A stretch of DNA of 37,765 bases, taken from IMG/VR virus record IMGVR_UViG_643348545_000015, positions 1 through 37,765 of that record; one strand, given 5' to 3'. Both the position numbers and the translations under genes were made by a program. Shown piece after piece: positions 9,608 to 18,892 of this stretch. The notes under the pieces are model-generated. The model was not told where the DNA came from. It saw nothing but the letters and a program-made list of their open reading frames with translations, and searched no databases. Positions within the stretch are counted from its first letter, which is position 1. Each line of letters starts with the position of its first letter. Source of the stretch: a virus. Lineage: Duplodnaviria > Heunggongvirae > Uroviricota > Caudoviricetes.

Positions 9608-10090
9608 GGCTCTGCATTACCGGTTGGGGTGCCTGTTCCGTGGCCTTCAGCCACACCGCCGACAGGCTGGCTGAAATGCAACGGTGCAGCTTTTTCTGCT
9701 GAAGAATACCCGGAACTGGCAAAGGCTTATCCGACAAATAAATTGCCTGATTTACGTGGTGAGTTTATTCGTGGCTGGGATGATGAACGTGGTGTGGATA
9801 GTGGGCGAACTCTGCTTTCAGCGCAAGGAGATGCTATTCGAAACATTACTGGCGGTTTTGGTCAGTTGCGCGTAAACAGCGAAATAAATGCAATTGTTGA
9901 TGTTCAAAGTGTGAGTGGTGCTTTTTACGGAGGTACCTCAGTCCGGAATAACATCAACGTATCTATGACATACGCTAATGACCGAAAAATCCGACAAGAT
10001 GTTCACTTCTCGGCGGCAAATGTTGTTCCAACAGCAAATGAAAATCGTCCACGTAACATCGCCTTTAATTATATTGTGAGGGCCGCATGA
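9596..10090 (+). CDS. Alternative tail-fibre C-terminal cassette (silent in this orientation)
   Basis: The frame opens exactly at the crossover site (INVGLGEGSALP...) and parallels AYLGLGE in H; it would fuse to the H constant part after inversion. Confidence 0.65.
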   Translation, partial: GLGEGSALPVGVPVPWPSATPPTGWLKCNGAAFSAEEYPELAKAYPTNKLPDLRGEFIRGWDDERGVDSGRTLLSAQGDAIRNITGGFGQLRVNSEINAIVDVQSVSGAFYGGTSVRNNINVSMTYANDRKIRQDVHFSAANVVPTANENRPRNIAFNYIVRAA

Positions 10091-10692
10091 TGAATAAAGC
10101 TGTATTAAATAGCGAACTCATCACCACAAAGGCGGGAGACATTACCGTTTACAATTATGATGGTGAGACACGAGAATATATTTCCACATCAACTGAATAT
10201 CTTGCTGTGGGTGTCGGTATCCCGGCATGTTCCTGTTTAGATGCTCCTGGAACACATAAGGCTGGTTATGCAATCTGCCGTTCGGCAGATTTAAACTCAT
10301 GGGAATATGTGCCAGACCATCGCGGTGAAGTTGTCTATAACACCGAAACGGGAGAATCAAAAGAAATCACAGCTCCGGGTAATTACCCTGAAAATACAAC
10401 CACTATCGTCCCGTTAACGCCATACGATAAATGGGATGGTGAGAAATGGGTGACGGATACCGAGGCACAGCATAGCGCCGCAGTAGAAGCGGCAGAAGCA
10501 CAGCGCCAGTCGCTGATTGATGCTGCAATGGCTTCCATCAGTCTGATTCAACTGAAATTACAGGCCGGGCGGAAGCTGACGCAGGCAGAAACCACCCGAC
10601 TTAACGCCGTGCTGGATTACATTGACGCGGTGACGGCAACAGATACCAGCACTGCGCCGGATGTCATCTGGCCTGAACTGCCGGAGGCGTAG
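10087..10692 (+). CDS. Alternative tail-fibre assembly protein (G')
   Basis: 201 aa; C-terminus ...[26 protein letters not shown] parallels the G C-terminus ...[24 protein letters not shown]. Confidence 0.75.
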   Translation: MMNKAVLNSELITTKAGDITVYNYDGETREYISTSTEYLAVGVGIPACSCLDAPGTHKAGYAICRSADLNSWEYVPDHRGEVVYNTETGESKEITAPGNYPENTTTIVPLTPYDKWDGEKWVTDTEAQHSAAVEAAEAQRQSLIDAAMASISLIQLKLQAGRKLTQAETTRLNAVLDYIDAVTATDTSTAPDVIWPELPEA

Positions 10693-11083
10693 GCCATTCA
10701 ATATCTGGAGCACTGGAGGTATCAACCAGTTCCAGTGCGTCCAGATAATCCAGCCACAAATTATATTGCGCCAGTTCCTCACCTTTCAGACGACCAATAG
10801 CGGCTTTACCAGGCCATTGCTTACTGTTCATGTATTCGTTGGCCTGTTCAATAAGTATACTTTTCATTCCCTCCGCTTCAGCTATTTCCTGTTCCTGTGT
10901 CTTCGCTGGATATTCAGTAAGTACAGGGTAGTTATCCGGGTTATTGATAATAATTTTCCCCGTACTCTGACCATTCATAAGTTCATAATAAAGAGCATCT
11001 TCAATATCGAAAGTATCATCGGGAATATCGCTGTTATTTTCAGAGAAAAATCCCTGAACAGATGGGGACCATTTCATTTTCAT
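10664..11083 (-). CDS. G: Tail-fibre assembly protein G (current orientation)
   Basis: 139 aa, directly downstream of H on the same strand. Confidence 0.85.
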   Translation of the reverse strand: MKMKWSPSVQGFFSENNSDIPDDTFDIEDALYYELMNGQSTGKIIINNPDNYPVLTEYPAKTQEQEIAEAEGMKSILIEQANEYMNSKQWPGKAAIGRLKGEELAQYNLWLDYLDALELVDTSSAPDIEWPTPPAVQAR

Positions 11084-12501
11084 AATTTCCCAATTCCTAA
11101 AATGTGGACATCATCAGCCTTACGGGCATTCCAGGTGACAATTACATCGGTAGAGTGACGATTAACTGAGATTGCATATGCTTCGTTAGTCGAGCCAGAA
11201 ACTTTTGTAGCAAACACAGCAAACAGGACACCAAATGACTGGGGCCATTTATAGCCTGACAGCTGATAATTACCATTATTCAGTGTTACAGCTTTGGCTG
11301 CTGCACTTGATGGAATCGTCAGCCACTGAAGTATCAACCCTCCTGGCAAAAGTTGTTTTCCGTAATAATCCCTCACCCCACTAAATGAAGCCATGTCCGG
11401 TATCTGATTTTCCCCTGTTCCCACACCCCGTTTTGCCGCTTCTCCCAAACCAAGGTATGCGAGAAGACCAGCTACATCCTTTCCACTCAAATTAGTCAGC
11501 GTATTGTCCAGCGGTTGTTTACCTGCTAGCGCATTAAGCATTGTCGTGGCAAAGTTCGGGTCATTCCCCAGCGCCGCCGCCAGTTCGTTCAATGTATCCA
11601 GTGCCGCAGGTGCAGAACCCACCATTCCTGCAATCGCCGATTTCACAAAAGCCGTAGTGGCAATCTGTGTATTGTTGACCGACTGCGCCGCAGTAGGTGC
11701 TGTTGGCGTTCCGGTAAGTGCCGGACTCGACAGCGGCGCTTTCAGTGCCAGCGCATTATTAATAGTGGTACTGAATTTCGGGTCATTGTTAATGGCTGCG
11801 GCAATTTCTTTCAGTGTGTCCAGCGTGGCTGGCGCACCGTTAATCAGAGCAGTAATAGCGGCCTGAACAAACTCTGTGGTCGCAATCCGAGTGGTGTTAT
11901 TTCCTGCTGCAGGCGTCGGCGCTTTTGGTTCTCCGGTAAATGTCGGATTATGTTTCTGCGCATACTGGGTATGAGGATCTTGTGCGGCAATGTGGTTTCT
12001 CATCTGGTCATCCACATACAGCTTTAATTCCAGGACTTTATCATCCACGTATTTACGGGTTGCCAGCACTACAGCAGGGTCGATTTTCAGGATGATATTG
12101 TCCGTGCTGCTGGTAATCAGCACCATGCGCACGGTCTGGGTACGCCCGCTGCCTTCAGCCAGTTGCGGCTTATAGCTTTCCGGGCAGTTTCCCACGGCAA
12201 TCAATGCCCCGGACTCATCAAACAGGCCCACTTCACGTATCCACCAACCGCCCTCGTTTTCAGGGATCACCTGTTCAGCAATAATCTGGCTACTGTTCTG
12301 CGGGTCGATATAAAGCATATTCAACGCAGCCCGGCGTTTCTCATTTACCAGTGCCGTCTGCTTTGCGTCCGGCGTCGGTAATACTCCGCCGCCATCGCCG
12401 ACCGCCATATGGGTAATTTTTAGCGGCACACCGAGCGCGGCGGCGCTGGCAAGTTTCGCCGCGCCAATATCCGTCAGCAGGGTATAAAATTTTGTGCTCA
12501 T
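11080..12501 (-). CDS. H: Tail fibre protein H
   Basis: 473 aa [39 protein letters not shown]... with repeated TTAFV/ALxGK fibre motifs; C-terminal ~128 aa lie inside the invertible segment. Confidence 0.9.
   Translation of the reverse strand: MSTKFYTLLTDIGAAKLASAAALGVPLKITHMAVGDGGGVLPTPDAKQTALVNEKRRAALNMLYIDPQNSSQIIAEQVIPENEGGWWIREVGLFDESGALIAVGNCPESYKPQLAEGSGRTQTVRMVLITSSTDNIILKIDPAVVLATRKYVDDKVLELKLYVDDQMRNHIAAQDPHTQYAQKHNPTFTGEPKAPTPAAGNNTTRIATTEFVQAAITALINGAPATLDTLKEIAAAINNDPKFSTTINNALALKAPLSSPALTGTPTAPTAAQSVNNTQIATTAFVKSAIAGMVGSAPAALDTLNELAAALGNDPNFATTMLNALAGKQPLDNTLTNLSGKDVAGLLAYLGLGEAAKRGVGTGENQIPDMASFSGVRDYYGKQLLPGGLILQWLTIPSSAAAKAVTLNNGNYQLSGYKWPQSFGVLFAVFATKVSGSTNEAYAISVNRHSTDVIVTWNARKADDVHILGIGKL
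11440..11465. repeat. Invertase crossover site, right (26 bp), inside H
   Basis: TTCTCCCAAACC-AA-GGTATGCGAGAA; inverted partner of 9582-9607. Confidence 0.75.
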
Positions 12502-13103
12502 GGATTCACTCTCATTGTGTCAATAACATGGACCGCCCCGCCTTCATGCGCGGTGCCGCCAGAAATAATTGTTTCGTTGATATACGGATAGATCGTGATT
12601 TCTTCACCAAGATAGCTGGCGGCCCCTACCCAGTGCGGGCCACTGGTCTGCAGATTGATGGACATGCCGATCATGTGACGGCTACATGGTTTGGCATCGC
12701 TTATCAGCCGCTCAAGTTCCAGATAGGTATCTTCAGTGATGCCCTGATCCTGCACGCCGATATCCAGGCGAAACGTGCCTGGTATTTCTCCGGTCTGCCA
12801 CCACTCAATAATGCGGATCAGGAAGCCGAACGGCTCCACCACCCGCCGCACGGCACTGGTGGTTCCTTTGTGCTGATGAATATAAAAAGCATCCTTCACC
12901 ACCTGGCGTTTGACGCTTTCTGTCCAGCTCTCGTCCCAGCGATCCACAGAGAACGCCCAGGCGAGATAAGGCAGGAAACTGACCGGACAGGTCGCAGGAT
13001 TCCACAAGTCACGCAGTGGCACCTGCAGATCAGAAATCCCGCTGCAGGTTCGCGCCAGTCGGCGCTCCAGTGGTGTTGAACCCGGTGGCAGCAGACTATT
13101 CAT
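12498..13103 (-). CDS. I: Baseplate/tail protein I
   Basis: 201 aa [20 protein letters not shown]..., between J and H. Confidence 0.85.
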   Translation of the reverse strand: MNSLLPPGSTPLERRLARTCSGISDLQVPLRDLWNPATCPVSFLPYLAWAFSVDRWDESWTESVKRQVVKDAFYIHQHKGTTSAVRRVVEPFGFLIRIIEWWQTGEIPGTFRLDIGVQDQGITEDTYLELERLISDAKPCSRHMIGMSINLQTSGPHWVGAASYLGEEITIYPYINETIISGGTAHEGGAVHVIDTMRVNP

Positions 13104-14004
13104 CCGTTCCTCCGTTGGTTACGCTCCACTGCGTACATGATGCCGCCTGTGTTTTGTTCAGGACCACATCCGCCAGCGGCGAAGCCAGCTCCACACGCTG
13201 CACCCCCTCAACATGCAGGGCGGCAAAGATGGCGCTACGGCGAATATCCCGACCAAGCCGCGTCTGACTGGCGATGTACTTCTGCAGGCTGGCTTTTGCC
13301 GCGGCCATTACCGGCTCTGCTTCCGGTCCCGGATAAAGAAAAATGGTGGCTTCCACGCGATACGGGATGATTTCTGCGCTGCGAACCGTCAGACGGTCAG
13401 CCACCGGGCGGACGTTCTCACTGTTCAGGGCGTTCTCCACCACATCCAGCAAGTCTTTTTCTGCTGTTCCGTCGCCTTCGCGGCTAAGGACAGTCAGCAC
13501 CACCTCTGCAGGTGCCGGACTGGTTGCACTGGCATCCGCCACCCGACCGTCGGCGCTTCGTGCATGAAACTCATAAGCGGCAGTTGGCCCCGCAACAGAA
13601 AGCCCCTCAAAGGCTGCAGGCACACGCAGGCGTAACGCTTCATCGCTTTCCATCACAGCTGCAACGGGCGGCACAGCGTCATTATCAGCAGGCGTCACCG
13701 TCAGGCGTTTCACGTTGTAGTTGGCAGCGAGCTGGTCAAGATCGCCGCCCATCGCGTAAGCCACCATCACAGCCTGCGCGGCTTCGTTAATGCGCTGGCG
13801 CAGAAGCAACTCACGGTAAGCGTTCTCCTGAAGCAATTTGGTGACGGGTTCAGATTCCAGTTCCAGCGTGCGGATCACGGCTTCCTGCTCATCTTTCGGA
13901 TGAAGCGCAACAAATTCGGCCTTGCGTTCGGCAAGCAGCGCCTCAAAGTCCGGCACATCGACAATCTGCGGCGCAGGCAACTGCGAAAGGTCAATCACTG
14001 CCAT
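13096..14004 (-). CDS. J: Baseplate protein J
   Basis: MAVIDLSQLPAPQIVDVPDFEALLAERKAEF...; start at the internal ATG (the ORF track extends to 14043). Confidence 0.85.
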   Translation of the reverse strand: MAVIDLSQLPAPQIVDVPDFEALLAERKAEFVALHPKDEQEAVIRTLELESEPVTKLLQENAYRELLLRQRINEAAQAVMVAYAMGGDLDQLAANYNVKRLTVTPADNDAVPPVAAVMESDEALRLRVPAAFEGLSVAGPTAAYEFHARSADGRVADASATSPAPAEVVLTVLSREGDGTAEKDLLDVVENALNSENVRPVADRLTVRSAEIIPYRVEATIFLYPGPEAEPVMAAAKASLQKYIASQTRLGRDIRRSAIFAALHVEGVQRVELASPLADVVLNKTQAASCTQWSVTNGGTDE

Positions 14005-14350
14005 TCTCTGCTCCTGTTGATACGGAAAGGGACACAGGCACACCGTTATTCCGCCGCCCGGTCAGCTCCACCACCATAGAACCGTCAAAGTTGCTGTTGA
14101 TGGTGATGGAATCCAGCGTCAGCCGTGGCTCCCAGCGACTCAGCGCCACATACACTGCCGACATGACCTGCAGGCGTAACGCCGGATTTTGTGGCTGGTC
14201 TATCAGTGCCGACAGCAGGGAACCATATTCACGACGAGCAATGCGGCTACCCTGCGGCGTCAGCAGAATGTCCCGCACCGACTGGCGCAGATGGTCAATA
14301 TCAGTAATGACTTTGCCGCTGGTATTGTTCATCCCGCTATAAAGCGTCAT
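13991..14350 (-). CDS. W: Baseplate wedge protein W (GPW/gp25 family)
   Basis: 119 aa, position between V and J. Confidence 0.85.
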   Translation of the reverse strand: MTLYSGMNNTSGKVITDIDHLRQSVRDILLTPQGSRIARREYGSLLSALIDQPQNPALRLQVMSAVYVALSRWEPRLTLDSITINSNFDGSMVVELTGRRNNGVPVSLSVSTGAENGSD

Positions 14351-14925
14351 ACCGGTCCTCCGGTTGTATCGCCGCCTTTCAGGACGCCAGTATGCTGATG
14401 CGCATCAACCACGATCCCGTTAGAACTCATCGCTCCGCCGCCCTGGGTAACACCACCATTGATCACCACTTCGCTGTTAATGCGCGTGCGGTCAGCCTCC
14501 AGTACAAACTCACTGGTTTTCATGGTGATGTTGTCAGCGGCCTCAATGACCATTGATTTGATGCCCCTGACATACCAGCGCCCGGTGGCGGGTTCGTATT
14601 CAAACCAGCCACCGTCAGGATGTTCTGTCACGCAGGCGTCTGCCGACGTCGACGGTGGTGCGAACTGATTCGAATAGACAGCGGGCAGCGCAAAGGCAGT
14701 TTCCAGATTGCCGCCCAAACTCAGTAGCACCACCTGCTCACCTTCCGATGGTTTCCACCATGTGCGGGCATTACCCGCGCGCAGCGTCAGCCAGTTAATC
14801 CAGTTGGTTTCAAGGTCGCCCGTTTTCACCCGACAAAGCCAGTGTTCCCGGTCCACTTCGGTGACTACACCAGTGCGGATCAGATTGGTGATAAGGCGCA
14901 TGATTTCGGTTAATTGTGCGTTCAT
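14347..14925 (-). CDS. V: Baseplate assembly/spike protein V
   Basis: 192 aa MNAQLTEIMRLITNLIRTGVVTEVD... Confidence 0.85.
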   Translation of the reverse strand: MNAQLTEIMRLITNLIRTGVVTEVDREHWLCRVKTGDLETNWINWLTLRAGNARTWWKPSEGEQVVLLSLGGNLETAFALPAVYSNQFAPPSTSADACVTEHPDGGWFEYEPATGRWYVRGIKSMVIEAADNITMKTSEFVLEADRTRINSEVVINGGVTQGGGAMSSNGIVVDAHQHTGVLKGGDTTGGPV

Positions 14926-14971
14926 AGGGAAAGGTTGCCATCAGGGGAAGAAAGGCGGCAGTGCTGCAACT

Positions 14972-14989
14972 TGTATCACTGCTGATACA
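14972..14989 (-). promoter_or_regulatory. Candidate Ogr-dependent late promoter element upstream of V
   Basis: TGTATCACTGCTGATACA, a perfect TGT-N12-ACA dyad in the S-V intergenic region. Confidence 0.5.
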
Positions 14990-14993
14990 AAAA

Positions 14994-15440
14994 TCACCCC
15001 GCCAACCATTGCAGAATCATGTCGCGGGTCATTGCCTCAACATCATCATTTACGCCCAGAAGGCGACGCTCTGCGTAACGGACCTCCGGTCCTTTGCGGC
15101 TGACGCGATCACGCAGGCCATAATGGTGAACGCGGGCAATGCGCTGCACCTTACCTTCAAACTGCACGCTGGCAGAATCCTCGCTGGCGGCGGTTTTCAG
15201 GTATTTTGTGGTGCGAAGTTTTGTAAACATCTGCCGTTTGATACGGCCTTTTTTACTGCGTGCTGTTACTCGCCTCGGTTCATAGCTGCTGCCATCAGGA
15301 TTGCGTTGCATCCTGATGTTCTGCTGCTGTGTCCGGCGCAGTTCCTGCGCCAGCTGGCGCATCATGCGGCTTCTGGCGGCTGGTTCCAGATTCGCCAGCA
15401 AGGCACTCAGCCAGTCGTCCACTTTCTGCAGTTCAGCCAC
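14994..15440 (-). CDS. S: Tail completion protein S
   Basis: 148 aa; GTG start overlapping the R stop. Confidence 0.75.
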   Translation of the reverse strand: MAELQKVDDWLSALLANLEPAARSRMMRQLAQELRRTQQQNIRMQRNPDGSSYEPRRVTARSKKGRIKRQMFTKLRTTKYLKTAASEDSASVQFEGKVQRIARVHHYGLRDRVSRKGPEVRYAERRLLGVNDDVEAMTRDMILQWLAG

Positions 15441-15864
15441 GTTTCACCGTCCACATTTCTTCAGGTTCATCAGGTTCCGCTATAGCTTCAACGCTCGACA
15501 CACTACCGTCAGTGCTGACCAGCACACGCTCCGTCAGTTGCAGGTTCAGGCTGATATCACAGACATCGTTGCGCAGAATATCCACCTCAAAGGTGAATAG
15601 TTTTTCCCGTAACGCCGGGTTATTGATGGCATCGGGCTGGTTATCCCTCAGCCACAGCAAAACCGGGGCCATCAGCAGATTCTGGTCGCCGCTGAAATCC
15701 TCAATCACCGCATTCAGGGTGTAACGGTACTCCCACGACATGGAGCTGGCCCCCGTGGCAACCAGCGAACCGTTATCCACAAACAGATGCAGTTTGTCCG
15801 GGTTATTGCGGACATAAGGCACCGCTTTATTGAGGGCGTGGCGCAGGGATTGTGGTTTGTTCAC
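15433..15864 (-). CDS. R: Tail completion protein R
   Basis: Start taken at GTG 7 nt after AGGAG (VNKPQSLRHALNKAVPYV...); the ORF track begins at an upstream TTG. Confidence 0.75.
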   Translation of the reverse strand: MNKPQSLRHALNKAVPYVRNNPDKLHLFVDNGSLVATGASSMSWEYRYTLNAVIEDFSGDQNLLMAPVLLWLRDNQPDAINNPALREKLFTFEVDILRNDVCDISLNLQLTERVLVSTDGSVSSVEAIAEPDEPEEMWTVKRG

Positions 15865-16117
15865 TGTTTCGCTCCTGACACGCAATAATCATATCCACTT
15901 TGTCTGCACAGACCGCCCAGGCGGCCTCCGTTTCATCCAGCAACGCATTCAGATCACCGTTAGTGCGCGGCGCTGCCTGATCCAGCCGACACGGCGTCAC
16001 TCGCGGACAACCACTGACGGTAAGCTGCACCTCCGGTGAGTGTGGGGCGTTCCCGCAGCCGGATAATGTCAGCAGGCAAAGGAGTATCAGCCCAGCGGCG
16101 TAAATCCTCGTTCTCAC
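15827..16117 (-). CDS. lysC: Outer-membrane lipoprotein spanin LysC (Rz1-like)
   Basis: Lipobox LTLSGC in MRTRIYAAGLILLCLLTLSGCG; embedded out of frame in the 3' part of lysB. Confidence 0.75.
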   Translation of the reverse strand: MRTRIYAAGLILLCLLTLSGCGNAPHSPEVQLTVSGCPRVTPCRLDQAAPRTNGDLNALLDETEAAWAVCADKVDMIIACQERNSEQTTIPAPRPQ

Positions 16118-16388
16118 GTTTCAGTTCCTCGATCCGGTGTTGTCGTTGTCTCAGCAGCGCGCTGGTCTGTTCTGCTTCGGCATAGAGCCGCGCCTGCTCC
16201 CGGTTATTGGTTTCAGTCAGAATAGACAGGCTGATAAGCTGGCTGTTGCTCTTTGCCAGTGCCTGGCTTTTGCTCTGCAGCTCGTCTGCCTGCGTGCTGA
16301 TGGTCTGGCTGGCATCAGCCAGCCGCCACGTCTGCCAGCCCAGCGCCGCCAGTAATAACGCCAGCACAACCAGCAGTAACCGGTTCAT
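15960..16388 (-). CDS. lysB: Inner-membrane spanin LysB (Rz-like)
   Basis: N-terminal TM helix MNRLLLVVLALLLAALGW followed by a coiled-coil-rich periplasmic domain. Confidence 0.8.
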   Translation of the reverse strand: MNRLLLVVLALLLAALGWQTWRLADASQTISTQADELQSKSQALAKSNSQLISLSILTETNNREQARLYAEAEQTSALLRQRQHRIEELKRENEDLRRWADTPLPADIIRLRERPTLTGGAAYRQWLSASDAVSAGSGSAAH

Positions 16389-16762
16389 GCTGCTACCCGT
16401 TGCGCCATCTGATTACGGGTGATCCAGAAGGCAATAACGGTCAGTAGATAAAAGACCAGGGTAATAGCCCACCCCGTCCAGGCGAGACTTACAACAATCA
16501 GCAATCGCATCACCCAACTGGTAAATACGTTTTCTTTTCGGGTAATTGTCTTCAGCAAAGATGCCCTCAACTCCTGCCAGAGCGGGCCATTCTTAATTAA
16601 CGCAACCAGTGCTACCGGAATTACCGCCCATGTCAGCAAACAGGCTACCCAAACGCCGGACGCTGCCAGTACCGGAAAAATCCCCTGCGGATACACCATT
16701 GCTGCGATTAACAGCGCCATCCATAACATCAGAAACAGTCCGCTGATTAATTTCTTTTTCAT
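16385..16762 (-). CDS. lysA: Lysis regulatory membrane protein LysA
   Basis: Multi-TM protein from MKKKLISGLFLMLWMALLIAAMV...; ATG one base after the K stop (TGAAATG). Confidence 0.75.
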   Translation of the reverse strand: MKKKLISGLFLMLWMALLIAAMVYPQGIFPVLAASGVWVACLLTWAVIPVALVALIKNGPLWQELRASLLKTITRKENVFTSWVMRLLIVVSLAWTGWAITLVFYLLTVIAFWITRNQMAQRVAA

Positions 16763-16763
16763 T

Positions 16764-17276
16764 TCAGTTTGCTCCCTGTAAACACCAGGCCATCTCCCGC
16801 GCACGGCGGTTATCCAGCCCCTGATTAAACACACCTTTTACATAAACCCAGCGCGGCAACTGTCGGCACGCATCCGCCCAGCGCCGCTGATTGAGCAATT
16901 TCACCAGCGTGGAGCTGCAGGCATTGCCCGTCCCCACGTTGAAGGCAAACGACACCGTAGCGTCATACACCTTCTGTGGTGGCTGTTGCTTCACACACCT
17001 TTCCAGTGCCCGCTCCACACGCAGCACGTTGGAGATCAGCCCTTCTGCTGCCTGTCGTTCCGTGATTGTTTTGCCGGGAATGACGCCCGATGTATTACCA
17101 ATGCCGTCGGTCCAGACACCCGCGCTGCACTGATACGGCTGCAGACGACAGCCTTCGTAATCGGCAATCAGTTTCAGCCCCTCCACGGAGGTGTGAAGCT
17201 GCTGAAAACCCGGCAGCGTGGCAGCAATAGCCAGCACGGCCCCGACAAGGCAGCGTTTAACGATTGATGGATTCAT
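16764..17276 (-). CDS. K: Endolysin, lysozyme family, with N-terminal signal-anchor-release (SAR) segment
   Basis: Weakly hydrophobic Gly/Ala-rich N-terminus MNPSIVKRCLVGAVLAIAATLPG, then a lysozyme-like domain (...LIADYEGCRLQPYQCSAGVWTDGIGNT...). Confidence 0.85.
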   Translation of the reverse strand: MNPSIVKRCLVGAVLAIAATLPGFQQLHTSVEGLKLIADYEGCRLQPYQCSAGVWTDGIGNTSGVIPGKTITERQAAEGLISNVLRVERALERCVKQQPPQKVYDATVSFAFNVGTGNACSSTLVKLLNQRRWADACRQLPRWVYVKGVFNQGLDNRRAREMAWCLQGAN

Positions 17277-17472
17277 AGTCCTCCCGCGAGATCTGCCCGT
17301 CGCGCAGAAGCTGGTAGGCTTTGTGTTTGTAGTACCAGTTGATAGCCAGCATCAGCACACCAATCATCAGGCCGCCCAGCGTTGAGGCATCCTTGATGGA
17401 CAAATCGCCCAGCCAGGCCAGCACGACGGCGATGCAATACGTGATAAAGGCGCTGATTCGCTCAAGCGTCAT
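17257..17472 (-). CDS. Y: Holin
   Basis: 71 aa with two hydrophobic helices and a charged C-terminus; directly upstream of the endolysin. Confidence 0.8.
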   Translation of the reverse strand: MTLERISAFITYCIAVVLAWLGDLSIKDASTLGGLMIGVLMLAINWYYKHKAYQLLRDGQISREDYESINR

Positions 17473-17475
17473 AAT

Positions 17476-17679
17476 TCAGTCCCATAGCTGGACGGTCTGC
17501 ACGGTGGTGGTGGTCGGAATGTCCGGCAGCTCCACCTGCAGCCCGTGAGGTAAAAAGGGGCCGTATTCGGCAAGCCCCGGATTTGCCTTCAGTACCTGCT
17601 CCGTGACACCCTGCGTGCGCCCGTAATGACGCCAGCAAAGCGCGTCCACCGTGTCATACTGATGCGCACGCACTTTCAT
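17476..17679 (-). CDS. X: Tail protein X
   Basis: 67 aa MKVRAHQYDTVDALCWRHYGRTQG... Confidence 0.8.
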   Translation of the reverse strand: MKVRAHQYDTVDALCWRHYGRTQGVTEQVLKANPGLAEYGPFLPHGLQVELPDIPTTTTVQTVQLWD

Positions 17680-18143
17680 CAGATAAGCTCCACTGTGCAG
17701 TGCGGCGCATCCTGCACCCGGCTGATGGCCCAGCGGGCGTCACGCCACAAATCACCGCTTGCTTCCGCCAGTTCCTCGCCCCGCTTCACACCGGACGCCG
17801 TGGCGTCATAGTCCTGGTAACGTTCGTTGAGCATGGCGCGTGCCCAGCAGTAAACCGCGTTGAAATAGTGCTGAATGCGCTCACTTTTGCCGTCCAGCTG
17901 TTCCGCCGGAACCTCTGCCAGCGAGGCATACCCCAGCATCTGCTGGCGTCTGCGAAACTCATACAGCTCTGCGTTGACCTCCGAAATTGCCGATAGCGCA
18001 ACCTGCTTTAAACGCGGCTGCGTCACCGTGCCGTCAGTGCGCATCACGCTGCGAAACTCCGACAGGTCCACATCAGGCCAGAACGGCGTATTCCTGATGA
18101 TTTCCGCCTGTTCCGGTGCCTGTTCTGGCGCAACAAACTTCAT
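17679..18143 (-). CDS. L: Head completion/stabilisation protein L
   Basis: Start at MKFVAPEQ... preceded by AGGAGA; the ORF track extends upstream to 18206. Confidence 0.8.
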   Translation of the reverse strand: MKFVAPEQAPEQAEIIRNTPFWPDVDLSEFRSVMRTDGTVTQPRLKQVALSAISEVNAELYEFRRRQQMLGYASLAEVPAEQLDGKSERIQHYFNAVYCWARAMLNERYQDYDATASGVKRGEELAEASGDLWRDARWAISRVQDAPHCTVELI

Positions 18144-18238
18144 GCTGCTTTCTCCTGAAATAGAGGGCGGTGGACGGGGTTTTGATGTGGCAGTGCCTTT
18201 CGCCACCCCGTGCCGCCCGTGCGCGGGGGCACGTTCTG

Positions 18239-18889
18239 TCAGCGGCTGTCATTGCGCAGTCTGCGCTCCAGCTGCTGTTTGTCTTTTTTCACGCCACAGC
18301 GGGGATCGAGCTGTAACGCATGGTTGAGATGATTAAGGGCGGACGCCGGATTGCTTTCACTCAGGACAGCGCCAATCGCTTTATGCAGACGCGCCCGTGA
18401 CTGGTCCGGCATATCCAGACCGTCTGTCAGTTCCAGCGTCTGCAGTAATAGATCCGCATCAAAGCCGGTGGCGGCAAGCATTGCGCTCTGCGCCGCGTCT
18501 GACATTTCCTCTGCCAGCACGGTCTGCACGTTGCGGTTACCCAGCGGCATCACCCAGCCATGACGCAGAGCATGACGCCCGATCTCCAGCGCCCCGGCAT
18601 AATCTCCGGCATCAATGCGCCACAGCATCACGTACATCAGCACGTCATCCTGTTGAGCGCCTCCGGCAGCCAGGACGCCCTCCGCCCAGGCGGCATATTT
18701 CGGCAGTAGCTCCACCTTGATTTCCGCTTTTTTCACCGTGGACTGAACGCCCTTGAGACGGCGGCGGTCTTCCGCCAGTTGCAGCAGCATCAGGTCATAG
18801 CCCGATGCGTGGCGAACACTGCCGCCCTCGCGGGCGGCCTGTTCAGCCTGAACGCGCAGGCGATGCTGCCGTGCGGGACTCAGGCTCAT
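18239..18889 (-). CDS. M: Terminase small (endonuclease) subunit M
   Basis: 216 aa; position between N and L. Confidence 0.8.
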   Translation of the reverse strand: MSLSPARQHRLRVQAEQAAREGGSVRHASGYDLMLLQLAEDRRRLKGVQSTVKKAEIKVELLPKYAAWAEGVLAAGGAQQDDVLMYVMLWRIDAGDYAGALEIGRHALRHGWVMPLGNRNVQTVLAEEMSDAAQSAMLAATGFDADLLLQTLELTDGLDMPDQSRARLHKAIGAVLSESNPASALNHLNHALQLDPRCGVKKDKQQLERRLRNDSR

Positions 18890-18892
18890 GGA

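Larger units (their letters stand above)
9594..11453. other. Invertible tail-fibre host-range segment (~1.86 kb)
   Basis: Bounded by the inverted 26-bp sites. Contains the current H C-terminus and G (minus strand) and an alternative H' C-terminus and G' (plus strand). Confidence 0.75.

Noticed and set aside
9554-10090. 178-aa ORF starting MMPVSRYLC as an independent gene
   Set aside because: The upstream part crosses the crossover site and the invertase promoter region. The meaningful coding part begins at the crossover site and is a silent alternative fibre cassette, not a free-standing gene.
16385-18206. Upstream extensions of the lysA and L ORFs given in the ORF track
   Set aside because: The extensions have no RBS and overlap upstream genes; the internal ATGs follow proper Shine-Dalgarno sequences.
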